Shown: positions 48,923 through 59,072 of the stretch, in pieces
Numbering within the stretch: the stretch's first letter is position 1
How the letters are laid out: the number at the start of each line of letters is the position of its first letter
Assembly (NCBI GenBank): GCA_032117235.1
Contig: JAULZW010000007.1
Location: forward strand, 4,091-68,090
Length of the DNA stretch: 64,000 bases
Source of the DNA: Minisyncoccota bacterium
Lineage (GTDB): Bacteria; Patescibacteriota; Minisyncoccia; SW-4-49-11
Direction of reading: 5' to 3'
The notes under the pieces: model-generated
What the model saw: the letters and a program-made list of their open reading frames with translations, nothing else
Database searches by the model: none
What the model was told of the DNA's origin: nothing
Position numbers and translations under genes: made by a program

Positions 48923-49447
48923 TTATTTAACAGGAATTTTCTTAATCTTTACTTTTTCTGATTTTGGCAAAGTAATTGTCAGAACTCCATCTTTTAACTC
49001 AGCTGCTGACTTCTCAGCGTCTACATCAATTGGTAAAATTACTGAACGAGAAAATGGACCCCAATAACATTCTTGATAGAAATAATTTTCTTGTTTAACT
49101 TTTACTGAGTTTTTCCTTGTTCCTGATATAGTAACCATATCATTAGTGATAGACACATCTAAATCTTTAGCGGTAACTCCAGCAATTGTAGATACAATCA
49201 CAATATCATTATCTGTTTGATATACATCAATAGTTAATGCTCCCTCTACCAATTCATCATCTGTTTGGAATGTAGCTTGAGTAGAAATTTTAGAGTCAGT
49301 AACATATTCATCTATTGATGCAGAGTCTGAGTCCAAATCTGATACTCCTGAGAATCTGCTTCTTAGGTCATGTTGGATGTCTTCTTCTATTACTGGTTGC
49401 TCTTCAAAATCTACAGCTCCTGTTAATTTTCTTAAAATACTAGACAT
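48923..49447 (-). CDS. Hsp20 / alpha-crystallin small heat-shock protein.
   Basis: 174 aa. ACD region with C-terminal GVLTITLPK. Confidence 0.75.
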   Translation of the reverse strand: MSSILRKLTGAVDFEEQPVIEEDIQHDLRSRFSGVSDLDSDSASIDEYVTDSKISTQATFQTDDELVEGALTIDVYQTDNDIVIVSTIAGVTAKDLDVSITNDMVTISGTRKNSVKVKQENYFYQECYWGPFSRSVILPIDVDAEKSAAELKDGVLTITLPKSEKVKIKKIPVK

Positions 49448-49521
49448 AATTTTAAATGAATTGTTATATAAACTATTACATTAGTATTATAATATCAAAT
49501 GTTTCAAAAAAAAGCAAGAGC

Positions 49522-50241
49522 TTAAGTTGAACTACCTTTTACTGACCTTAGTCTTAAATGTTTGATAGTAAAAATCATCCCGATAAATAATGGTATACAT
49601 ATTAGAAAATAAAATGCTACTATTATTATACCACCACCCCCAATAGTGGATAGTTCTATTACCAAATTCCACAGACCATGGAATAGTATCCCAGCTAAAG
49701 CAAGCCAAACTCCGTTAATCTTATTTTTATATTTGAAATACAAAACTAATCCATATGTGAATAAAAAGCTAGATATAATATGTATAATTAATGATGTAAA
49801 TGCTCTTAAAACCAAGAGTTGCTGTATTGCTCCAAAGTTATCTTTATAGTATTTGAGTACATAGGCTAAATTTTCAATACCAGCAAAACCTAAGGCTAAG
49901 GTAGCTGCATAAATAAAGGTATCTATTGGCTCGTCCCAGCGACTAGTACTAATGGCAAACCAATAAACAAAAGCTCCCTTAAAAACTTCTTCAGCAAATG
50001 CTCCAAAAATAAATTTATTAAGAGTGTCTGAAGTAGGGATTAATAATATATCTAATAGTTCTCTACCCCACATGGAAAATAATATTATAGGCACAGCAAT
50101 AAAACTACCTAATATAAAGGCTTTTGCTATATCGGTAGATTTTTCTGGATGGACATCTTGAGACAATACAAAACCTAACCAAGCAAAGCTAGGTATATAG
50201 GCAATTATTATAGTAATAATTAACGGTATATAATTAGTCAT
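49522..50241 (-). CDS. CPBP (CAAX protease / Abi) family intramembrane metalloprotease.
   Basis: 239 aa polytopic. Motif 1 AEEVFKGAF (EExxxR-like), FxxxH, FHGLWN. Confidence 0.6.
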   Translation of the reverse strand: MTNYIPLIITIIIAYIPSFAWLGFVLSQDVHPEKSTDIAKAFILGSFIAVPIILFSMWGRELLDILLIPTSDTLNKFIFGAFAEEVFKGAFVYWFAISTSRWDEPIDTFIYAATLALGFAGIENLAYVLKYYKDNFGAIQQLLVLRAFTSLIIHIISSFLFTYGLVLYFKYKNKINGVWLALAGILFHGLWNLVIELSTIGGGGIIIVAFYFLICIPLFIGMIFTIKHLRLRSVKGSST

Positions 50242-50248
50242 AAAAATT

Positions 50249-51187
50249 TTATATTATTTTCATTTTTTCGTGCAGGTATACAACTTCTTCTTCTATATAA
50301 ACACCAAATTCTTGCCAAACCTTATCCTTTACCATCTGAATTAGTTTCACAACATCTGCAAAACTACCATTTCCAGTATTAATCATATAATTAGCATGCT
50401 TATCACTAACTTGTATTCCTCCACAACTGATACCTTTTAACCCAGCTTTTTCTATCAAATATCCACTTGGAATAACACCCTTTTCAACAAATTTATCTAG
50501 ATCTGGATATTTATTATAGAGTGATATATCAATATCCCCTTCATAATTCTTAAAGATACATCCTGAGCAAGCTACTCCAATTGGCTGATTTTTATTTTTT
50601 CTAATAATATTATCCCTTACCAATTTTTGACTAATTGCAACATCTCCGGTTTCTAATTCAAATAATCCCCCTAGAATAATGTCTTTATTGTCCTCTGCTT
50701 TAAATGAGCTATATCTATAATGAAAATCTAATGCATTAGCTTCAATATCAATAATTTGTCCATCTCTATATATTCTAACTTGCTTTAATCTATCTTTAGT
50801 TTCACCTCCAAATGCACCAGCATTACCTCGAATTGCACCCCCCAAACTAGATGGGACAGATGGAGCCCATTCAAGACCGGTTAAATTATTTTTATGCCCA
50901 AAAGCAGTAAGGGCAGCCAAAGACACACCTGCTTCTGCAAAAAGTAAAGTATCACTTATATTAATAGCTCTAGTGTTCATTTTTAAGATAAGACCATCAA
51001 TGTTTTCATCCGTAATCAGAAGGTTACAACCAGCTCCAATAATTCCAACTGGGAAGTGTCTTTCCTGAGCGAATCTTAGAGCGGAGATTACATCATCATT
51101 ACTTTCAGCAAAAACAACATATTGAGCCCTCCCTCCTATCTTAAAAGTTGATAAATCTTTTAGTAATATATTTTCCTTTATGTTCAT
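50249..51187 (-). CDS. murB: UDP-N-acetylenolpyruvoylglucosamine reductase.
   Basis: 312 aa. FAD-binding N-terminal domain (LSTFKIGGRAQYVV...GAGCNLLI). Confidence 0.8.
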   Translation of the reverse strand: MNIKENILLKDLSTFKIGGRAQYVVFAESNDDVISALRFAQERHFPVGIIGAGCNLLITDENIDGLILKMNTRAINISDTLLFAEAGVSLAALTAFGHKNNLTGLEWAPSVPSSLGGAIRGNAGAFGGETKDRLKQVRIYRDGQIIDIEANALDFHYRYSSFKAEDNKDIILGGLFELETGDVAISQKLVRDNIIRKNKNQPIGVACSGCIFKNYEGDIDISLYNKYPDLDKFVEKGVIPSGYLIEKAGLKGISCGGIQVSDKHANYMINTGNGSFADVVKLIQMVKDKVWQEFGVYIEEEVVYLHEKMKII

Positions 51188-51192
51188 ATTTT

Positions 51193-53496
51193 CTACTTAA
51201 TTTGAACTCCTATATATTCATCTGTTCTCAATACTCCGTCTGTAACTTTATACCCCGTCTCCGTACTTTCAAGGTCAAAAGACGACTCTTTCCAAATTGA
51301 CTTTTTATTTTTAGGTAAGTCCAAACTATATTGATATTTTATTCCCAAAGCACCCGATTGCTTCTGTAAAATTAAAGAATATATATCATAAGACTTAAAC
51401 TTAAATGGTAATTCATATTCTATCATAACTTGGCTAGTTTCTCCAGGTTTAGTAAACACCCAACCACCTATTACTAATTTTCCACTTTCTTCAAAAACAT
51501 CAATATCCCAGTCTTCATTATGAAATAAAGTTGCATTAATAGCTTTTAAATCAGAATCTTGTTCGTAACCCGCCACACCTTCTAATATTTCTTTTTCAAC
51601 TTTATCTTTATATCCGGAAACATTAAGGATACGAGACCCCTTAGGAATATATGTTCTCATATAATTTATATTATCCTGATTCCACCATTCAAATTCAGTA
51701 TCTCCTCCCTTATGCTCTCTACTAACTATAACTTTATTAATAGCATTACCCTTATCTTCTATTTTGGTAGATATGCTCAAATTCTCTTGCATTACTCCAT
51801 CTGTTTTATACCCACCAATATTACTATGTACAACAGACAAGTAATCCTCTGGGGCATCATATAATTGACCACCTAAATTATATTTATTAACCATATCCTG
51901 TAATTTTGTATCTAAAAAATATAATAACACTTGCTTCTCTTGAAATGAATTATTTAACGTCTCTATAATTTTTTGGTATTGATTAGCATCTGATGACAAT
52001 AATTTATTTATTAATATAGGAGCTAAGTCGGCTATAAATTGTTTTGGTTTATTTTTAACCTTATCATAAGCTACCCCAGTCTGATATTGAGTTATCTTAA
52101 CAAAATTATCTGCATTAATAGTAATATTGTAGTCTTCTAGTGTTATTGGGCCTGTGATTAAAAGCAATCTCTCTATTACAGTGGGGGTTAAAGAAATCAC
52201 CCCATCTGGAGTTGCTCCACCTGTTTTTTCATAAAATGAAATTATTTTCTGAGCACTTGTGGGAAAATCTGCAAACCAATTTGAATCTCTTAGGTACCAA
52301 CGAGTAGTTAATTCTTGTAATGGAGCAGGAGCTAAAATATTTTTCGCCAATTGACCGTCTGGATTATATATTTCTTTAATATCTAGACTTTTTACTACCC
52401 CTCTATCAATATTCATCATTCCAAAACTACCGATAAATCCACCTGTTGCCCTTAACTCTTGATTATTCTGGAATATAAAAACATATCTTTTCAAAATATC
52501 ACTCCCTACAAAATTAAGAAATATGTCAATATAAGGATCAGAGTTAATAATAGCTTCCTTTAATTTGGGAATATCTTGATTTAATTGACGCAAAACAGAT
52601 CCTTTGTGTCCAGGAACTAAATTAATAGGTAATTTACCAAGGTTAATATGTAACTCATGTAGGGCTGGGATTAGTTTTTGATTTAATTCTTTAATTTTTT
52701 TAATACCATCCACCATAGTAATTGGCTTAGTATTATCAAAAGGGTTAATTTCCTTAGATATAAATGGCTCCATTGTATCTGATAACTCACCTGTAATAGA
52801 TATGACTTCTGATACATTAGAAGTTAAATCACTACCATCTTGTATAATAGATAATCCTGGCAAAATGGATAATAATATACTGAGATTACCCTGTATAGAC
52901 GCTATATCTTCGGCACTATTATCAATACCATTCGCTATCTCATTTAATGATGTAGCTAAAGTATTAAAATTTTCAATATTAGTAGATTTTAATAAATTTT
53001 CACTAGCAGCTGCTTGTAAGAGCAGATTGTCTTTCACTCTAATGCCATTATTTGCCATATTAAGTGACGGTATACTAATTACCATTATAAGACATATTGA
53101 TATAAACACCGCCATAGAAGCCCTAGCAGCATAAATAGACTGTTTATTAATTATTAATAATTTTTTTATTCGATGAAAAGACTTATATCTATCATAGTTA
53201 TATTTTTTTGCTGATTTTGGTATAAATTCTATTCTAATAGGAGTTGATATGTTTATATATTTTTCTGGTTCTATGTAATCATTCTGTGAATCATCATATA
53301 ACGGTAACTCAAACTCTAATAAGTCTATATTCTTATTGTGATTGACATTATCATCTCTTATTAAAGGAACTTCAAAGTTTGCAAGAGAATTAATATCTTT
53401 TGGTAAGTTAGATTTTTTATAAATAGACTTTTTTTCTGCTCTAGATTCGATTTGAATTTTTCTTAAGTCAACAATCGATGAGCTTTTTTTTATCAT
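51193..53496 (-). CDS. Large DUF4012-family protein with an N-terminal extension of about 340 aa (paralog of 15140..16423).
   Basis: 767 aa. TM at about residues 125-145. Conserved RATGGFIGSFG and DSNWFADFPTSAQKI motifs align with RPTGGYIGNFA and DSNWSPDFPTTAKQI of the smaller paralog. Followed by a GT4 gene. Confidence 0.55.
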   Translation of the reverse strand: MIKKSSSIVDLRKIQIESRAEKKSIYKKSNLPKDINSLANFEVPLIRDDNVNHNKNIDLLEFELPLYDDSQNDYIEPEKYINISTPIRIEFIPKSAKKYNYDRYKSFHRIKKLLIINKQSIYAARASMAVFISICLIMVISIPSLNMANNGIRVKDNLLLQAAASENLLKSTNIENFNTLATSLNEIANGIDNSAEDIASIQGNLSILLSILPGLSIIQDGSDLTSNVSEVISITGELSDTMEPFISKEINPFDNTKPITMVDGIKKIKELNQKLIPALHELHINLGKLPINLVPGHKGSVLRQLNQDIPKLKEAIINSDPYIDIFLNFVGSDILKRYVFIFQNNQELRATGGFIGSFGMMNIDRGVVKSLDIKEIYNPDGQLAKNILAPAPLQELTTRWYLRDSNWFADFPTSAQKIISFYEKTGGATPDGVISLTPTVIERLLLITGPITLEDYNITINADNFVKITQYQTGVAYDKVKNKPKQFIADLAPILINKLLSSDANQYQKIIETLNNSFQEKQVLLYFLDTKLQDMVNKYNLGGQLYDAPEDYLSVVHSNIGGYKTDGVMQENLSISTKIEDKGNAINKVIVSREHKGGDTEFEWWNQDNINYMRTYIPKGSRILNVSGYKDKVEKEILEGVAGYEQDSDLKAINATLFHNEDWDIDVFEESGKLVIGGWVFTKPGETSQVMIEYELPFKFKSYDIYSLILQKQSGALGIKYQYSLDLPKNKKSIWKESSFDLESTETGYKVTDGVLRTDEYIGVQIK

Positions 53497-53506
53497 ATCA
53501 AAATGT

Positions 53507-54646
53507 TTATACCTTGCTTTTATTATACAATTTTTTTGTTTTTTCTGCCATATCTGACCAAGAATATTGATTCAAAATACTTTGATGATATTTTTTCTGT
53601 AATTCACGTTTTTTCTTATCTTTAATAAAGACAGATAATACTTCCTGCATATTATCTTTAGATTTTGGATTAAAATAATCTATATGTTCTCCAAAAATCT
53701 CAGGTAAACAAGTAGCATTTGATATAACTATTGGAGCACCTAAAGCTATAGCTTCTAATGGAGGTAAACCAAATCCCTCATATAAAGATGGAAATACATA
53801 GAATAAACATTTCTCATACAATGAAATCAACTGCTCATCTGCTACATATCCTGGGAATATGACTGAATGAGATAATCCCAATTTATTAACTTTCGTAATA
53901 ATTTGTTCAAAAAAATGATCCCTCTTACCTACTAATACTAATTGTAATTGTGAGTCTATGTCTGATTTTTGTTTAAGATTATAGAATACATCAATGAGAC
54001 GATCAATATTTTTATGGGGATATACATTACCCACATAAAGTAGATACTTACCCTCAATAATTTCATATTTATCGAATGAAAATGGCTGGGCATTAAGAGG
54101 ATTAAATCGCTCTAAATCAACTCCCTCATATATCATTGCCATTTGATTAGATGGAATATTAAAATGTCTCACAATAGATTGTCTCGTATATTCTGATATA
54201 GTGATGATTTTTTTTGCAGTATATACTGCATTCATAATAGTCAATCTGTATGCTATATTTTTAATAGCATACATAATTCCATTTAATCTTGAAGCCTTAC
54301 GAGTGGGATATTCTAATAAAATTAAATCATGTATAGTAACCAAATAAGGTTTTCTATATAAAATAGGGATGTTAAAATGCAAAAAGTGCATTAAATCTAA
54401 TCTATATTTTTGTAATAATTGGGGAAATAATAATTGTTCCTGCCAAGAGTACCAAGGGATATCAGCTAAAATTTTATGAAAATTAGGATTTTTAGGTCTA
54501 TATTCTTCAATATTATGAACCCCTAAAAAGATATAGTATTGATTATGATGATCAATATTCTCTAACTCTTCAATAAGTTTCTGAGTATATCTACCTAAAC
54601 CTTTACCGCTATTTCCAAAAAATCGTGCATCTATTCCTATTTTCAT
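53507..54646 (-). CDS. Glycosyltransferase family 4.
   Basis: 379 aa. YEGFGLPPLEAIALGAPIVISN GT4 C-terminal signature. Confidence 0.8.
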   Translation of the reverse strand: MKIGIDARFFGNSGKGLGRYTQKLIEELENIDHHNQYYIFLGVHNIEEYRPKNPNFHKILADIPWYSWQEQLLFPQLLQKYRLDLMHFLHFNIPILYRKPYLVTIHDLILLEYPTRKASRLNGIMYAIKNIAYRLTIMNAVYTAKKIITISEYTRQSIVRHFNIPSNQMAMIYEGVDLERFNPLNAQPFSFDKYEIIEGKYLLYVGNVYPHKNIDRLIDVFYNLKQKSDIDSQLQLVLVGKRDHFFEQIITKVNKLGLSHSVIFPGYVADEQLISLYEKCLFYVFPSLYEGFGLPPLEAIALGAPIVISNATCLPEIFGEHIDYFNPKSKDNMQEVLSVFIKDKKKRELQKKYHQSILNQYSWSDMAEKTKKLYNKSKV

Positions 54647-54650
54647 AGCA

Positions 54651-57600
54651 TTATATTGTATTGTCTAATAAATCTCGAATGAATTGTTCTGTCCCATTCT
54701 GATTTTTGGGATAATTACTAATATCAGGGAAGTCTAAATTAATGATTTTATGATAAATTATCTTAACTAAATGGGCTATATAATTAATATCTGTATCTGT
54801 GATTTTCAAATCAAGAGAGATATATTCCCCTGCTATAGTAGGCTCTAAAAAGTCAATTCTACCTTGTATAGGTTTATCTTGATATTGACCTGACACTTTT
54901 AATAATAAGGCATAAAACCAAAGCTGTCTCTTAAACGCATCCAGCTTATTAGCTTTAGACTTATTATCCCAATTTAAAATTGGGGTACCAGTTTTAAATT
55001 CTACAACAGTGTAGTGATTAGCATGTTCTTCTATTCTATCAATAACTCCAGTCAAAGGAACTTCCTCATATTCCAAAAATAATTGTCCCAAATTGTATTC
55101 GGATTGATGTGAAACTAAAAATTTATCTCTTGTAGCCTGTATTAAATTGGGCAATTGGTCTTGTAGTTTATTAAACACTAAATCTGTATCTTCAACACTT
55201 AATTGTTCTTGATATAAAACTTTTATAGCAAAGTTATTCAACTCATCTAATGTAGGAAACATTTTATTGGATTGCAATTGTATTGATATATAATTAAATA
55301 CTTTATGTATAACATTTCCATAAGTCATCGCTGGATTATTTATAGACGGGAATCTCAACAAAACTGACTCCAGAACATTTAATGGACCTCCATATTCTAA
55401 ATCTACAAATTTATTAATATGTGAAGCACTTAATTTATACTTTTGCACCACTCCTTCCAAAAATGAAATTTCTTGTATATGCATGTCTACTGGCTGCATA
55501 GATTTAAGGATTCCTTTAGTCAAATCTTTAGTATTTACATATGGAGTAGGCGTAGTATCTAAGAACTCTAAATATGGTAAAGCTTGTCTTTCCTTCCCTT
55601 TTTCATTATATAAATGGCTAGTAATAAATAAATTTATTTTAGATCTTGTCAATGCTACAAATAATAGTCTTAAAAAATCATCTTCCGAATCTTGACGAGG
55701 TACAATAGGTAAATTAATAGGAAATGGATATGGAAAAGATGGACCTTTGTTACTCCAGCCTTGGGTATGAGTTCCAATTACAAATACAGTTTCAAACTCT
55801 AAACCTTTAACTTTATGAGCTGTCATTAATTTGACAGTATGTTTGCCACTATTAAGTGATAAATTAACCATCATACCACCTTGGTTTTGATAGGCTTTAA
55901 TTGTATTTAGCCCATCTAATAAAGTAATTCTTTTCCCTTTTTTATATGAAGTTATATTATGAATGAAGGCTTCAATTTTTGATAAATTAGCAATATAATT
56001 ATTCTGATTTAATTCAAAAGCATTATTTCCAAAATAATATTGGTAAAATTTAGAGTTAATTTCTACACTACTATCAACTGACCTCATAAGTTTAAATAGA
56101 ATAACCTCAATAGTTTCATACTCAGACAAAATAGCTAGATTCAAAAATAACTTTCCTATCTCTTGTAACGATGTATCATTTGAGTTATATAATCTTTCAA
56201 TATGGGTCTGTCTATAATCTCTCTGTTGGAAAAATTGCCAAATATTTAATTTGTCTATACCCCAAAATGGATAACTCAAAATTTCTGGCAATAAATCATT
56301 TCGGGGAGACTGTGTAGGTGTCAGAGAATATACAAATTGTAACATTATAACTAACTGATGAATTATAGTTTCATTCAACAAATTATATTGTTTATCATAA
56401 TCAATTGGTAAATCATACTCTGCTAAAAATGGTACTATTGCTTCCAAAGCTCTATGATTTCTAGCTATAATTGCAATTTCAGATAAATCCATTTGCTGTT
56501 TACGATACTCCTCTATTGTACTTGCAATCCAAGCATACTCCTCAGCCTGATTTTTAAACTCATAATAAGCTAAATCTCCATCTTGTCTTAATTTAGCTGA
56601 TGTTAATGTTTTTTCTAATACTTCAATTCTATTTTCTAGTCTATCCTTACCTTGAGTAATAACTTTTCTTGCAATATCTAAAATTTCTTGTCTAGAGCGA
56701 TAATTAGTAGTCAGTACAATTAATTTAGCAGTTGGGAATTTATTTTGAAAAGACAACATATGTGAAACATCTGCCCCCTGAAATCCATACACCGCCTGAT
56801 CATCATCCCCTACAACTAATATATTCGGCTCTATATTATCTCCCACCAAACTCAAAACCAATTGCATTTGTGCCTCATTTGTATCTTGAAATTCATCTAC
56901 TAAAATAAATTGATATTTTTCCTGTAATTTATTCCTTAATCCTTCATTTTTTTTAAGCAAAGTTAAAGCATTCAATAACATATCTGAAAAATCTAATAGC
57001 TTATTCTCATCTAAATATTCTTGATATTTCTTATAAATTTCTGAAATAGCTTTCTGCTTTTCTAATCTTTCTACATCAATCAAAGTTTTCTGTCCGTCTT
57101 TTTCCTTTATAAGATATCTATTTTTCCATTGAGAAATAGGAGTGTATTTACTTTCCAATAATTCAGTTTCCTCTAAGACCTCTAAAAGTGATTTTTGCAA
57201 CTTTGTACCGTAGGTTTCAAAATAGTTGTTAGAATTAGTAACAGTTATAGATTCCACCAAAATACGAATACTATTTAATTTATCTACCCTATCTTTATTT
57301 CCATTAAGAGAAATGTGACTAAATTTTTGTATAATAGGTATGATTTTATCAAATTCAGCTTTATTTTGGTCTAGTATTTGCATATACTCAGCAGGAGTAA
57401 GTCCTGCCTGCTTTATATAATTGATACTTTTAGCTATATTATTAATTAACTTACTTCTATCCGTACCTTTAGGAATTAAAATATTGTTATAGGGTAGTTT
57501 AGCAATAATATCTCCAATGATTTCAGCTATAAAAACATCGTCAATAGCAGTTCTATCAAGTCCGTCTGTATATTCAGTATAATCTTTCAATAAAGATTGC

Positions 57601-57884
57601 CCAAAGCTATGAAAAGTATGAATATTCACCTTATAAGCTTGTTTACCTATAAAAGAAGCTAATCTATGCCTCATATTATAAGCTGCTGCATCCGTAAAAG
57701 TAAGACAAATAATATTCTCTGGCAAAACATCTTGTGAATGCAAAATATTAGCTACTCTTAAAGATAAAAGCTGTGTTTTGCCTGACCCAGGTCCCGCTAC
57801 AACCATAACTGGTCCTAGTAAAGTATCCACAGCTTGTTTTTGTTGAATATTTAATTCTCGATAAGCTTTTTCGTAAATTGACAT
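54651..57884 (-). CDS. UvrD/PcrA-family SF1 helicase fused to a C-terminal RecB-family (PD-(D/E)xK, Cas4-like) nuclease domain (AddA/AdnB-like).
   Basis: 1077 aa. Walker A AGPGSGKTQ, SF1 motifs through VGDDDQ, C-terminal GVIDRIEE ... VVEFKTG ... QLWFYALLL (nuclease motifs II, III and QxxxY). Confidence 0.7.
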   Translation of the reverse strand: MSIYEKAYRELNIQQKQAVDTLLGPVMVVAGPGSGKTQLLSLRVANILHSQDVLPENIICLTFTDAAAYNMRHRLASFIGKQAYKVNIHTFHSFGQSLLKDYTEYTDGLDRTAIDDVFIAEIIGDIIAKLPYNNILIPKGTDRSKLINNIAKSINYIKQAGLTPAEYMQILDQNKAEFDKIIPIIQKFSHISLNGNKDRVDKLNSIRILVESITVTNSNNYFETYGTKLQKSLLEVLEETELLESKYTPISQWKNRYLIKEKDGQKTLIDVERLEKQKAISEIYKKYQEYLDENKLLDFSDMLLNALTLLKKNEGLRNKLQEKYQFILVDEFQDTNEAQMQLVLSLVGDNIEPNILVVGDDDQAVYGFQGADVSHMLSFQNKFPTAKLIVLTTNYRSRQEILDIARKVITQGKDRLENRIEVLEKTLTSAKLRQDGDLAYYEFKNQAEEYAWIASTIEEYRKQQMDLSEIAIIARNHRALEAIVPFLAEYDLPIDYDKQYNLLNETIIHQLVIMLQFVYSLTPTQSPRNDLLPEILSYPFWGIDKLNIWQFFQQRDYRQTHIERLYNSNDTSLQEIGKLFLNLAILSEYETIEVILFKLMRSVDSSVEINSKFYQYYFGNNAFELNQNNYIANLSKIEAFIHNITSYKKGKRITLLDGLNTIKAYQNQGGMMVNLSLNSGKHTVKLMTAHKVKGLEFETVFVIGTHTQGWSNKGPSFPYPFPINLPIVPRQDSEDDFLRLLFVALTRSKINLFITSHLYNEKGKERQALPYLEFLDTTPTPYVNTKDLTKGILKSMQPVDMHIQEISFLEGVVQKYKLSASHINKFVDLEYGGPLNVLESVLLRFPSINNPAMTYGNVIHKVFNYISIQLQSNKMFPTLDELNNFAIKVLYQEQLSVEDTDLVFNKLQDQLPNLIQATRDKFLVSHQSEYNLGQLFLEYEEVPLTGVIDRIEEHANHYTVVEFKTGTPILNWDNKSKANKLDAFKRQLWFYALLLKVSGQYQDKPIQGRIDFLEPTIAGEYISLDLKITDTDINYIAHLVKIIYHKIINLDFPDISNYPKNQNGTEQFIRDLLDNTI

Positions 57885-58011
57885 AATATTTTTAATTTAG
57901 TAGTTTCATTATATCATAAAAAAGAAAAAATTTTCTAAGTAATTAAAAAATGGAGCTTTTACTAATAAAATAGTTATACAAACTCCATTATTTAATTTGT
58001 TAATTGAAAAA

Positions 58012-59046
58012 TTACCAGTTTAAAGTTCCACCTGTTTGATATTCAATCACACGAGTTTCAAAGAAATTCTTCTCCTTAGCTAAATCTACTGATTCAGACA
58101 TCCATGGAAATGGATTATCTGTCCCATACACAATTGGTAGGCCAACTCTTTGTAATCTTCTATCTGCAATATATTCAATATAGCGTCTAAATCCATCTTG
58201 TGAAATTCCCATAATACCTTTAGGGAAACAAGTAGTAGCAAATTCATACTCTAAACCTACTGCTTCCTTAATCAAATCTGTAATATGAGTTTGAAATTCT
58301 TGCGTCCATAATTCTGGTTGTTCCTGTTTGATAGCATTAATCATATCAGCTCCGAAGTTGAGATGAGTAGATTCATCTCGCATAATATATTGGATTTGCT
58401 CAGCACTACCAGTCATTTTATTTTGCCGCTGAAAACCAAATATCACTGCAAAAGAGCTATAAAAGAAAATACCCTCTACAATTAAAGAAAAGACACAAAG
58501 ATTTTCTAAAAACTTTTGATCAGATGCAAAAGTACCAGTCTTGAAGTTAGGATTCAAGATCCCGTCATTAAATGATAGGAAAAATGAAGCTTTATTATAA
58601 ATACTTTCAACTTCTCTATACATATTGAATATCTCCGCACCATCAAGTCCTAAACTTTCTACAATATATTGATAAGCCTGAGTATGAATAGCCTCTTCAT
58701 AAGCTTGTCTCAACAAAAACATTCTAATTTCAGGAGAAGTAATATGCTTATAGGTAGCAAGTACCAAATTATTGGCAGCAAGAGAATCAGCAGTAGTAAA
58801 AAATCCTAATACAGTTTTGAAGGCAAGCCTCTCATCTTCGGTCAAAATATTATTTGATTTCCATTGTTCGACATCAATTTGCATACCAATTTCAGTTGGA
58901 AGCCAATGATTAGCATTCCCAGTTAAATAAGCATCCCAAGCAAAAGTATGTTTCATAGGATGTAACTGTACAACATCCGCATCTTTACCATTAATAACTC
59001 GTCTGTCGTTAATATTAACTCTTTGATTTGTTTGGGTAATAGGCAT
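58012..59046 (-). CDS. nrdB: Class Ia ribonucleotide reductase beta subunit.
   Basis: 344 aa. Di-iron ligands (EEAIHTQAY), radical Tyr region. Confidence 0.9.
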   Translation of the reverse strand: MPITQTNQRVNINDRRVINGKDADVVQLHPMKHTFAWDAYLTGNANHWLPTEIGMQIDVEQWKSNNILTEDERLAFKTVLGFFTTADSLAANNLVLATYKHITSPEIRMFLLRQAYEEAIHTQAYQYIVESLGLDGAEIFNMYREVESIYNKASFFLSFNDGILNPNFKTGTFASDQKFLENLCVFSLIVEGIFFYSSFAVIFGFQRQNKMTGSAEQIQYIMRDESTHLNFGADMINAIKQEQPELWTQEFQTHITDLIKEAVGLEYEFATTCFPKGIMGISQDGFRRYIEYIADRRLQRVGLPIVYGTDNPFPWMSESVDLAKEKNFFETRVIEYQTGGTLNW

Positions 59047-59072
59047 GGTGATTATATTTAGATTTTAATAGT

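Noticed and set aside
57890-57960. AATGGAG...CTCCATT inverted repeat between nrdB and the helicase-nuclease gene as a terminator.
   Set aside because: The 27-29-nt loop and 6-7-bp AT-rich stem are too weak to call. The genes are probably co-transcribed.
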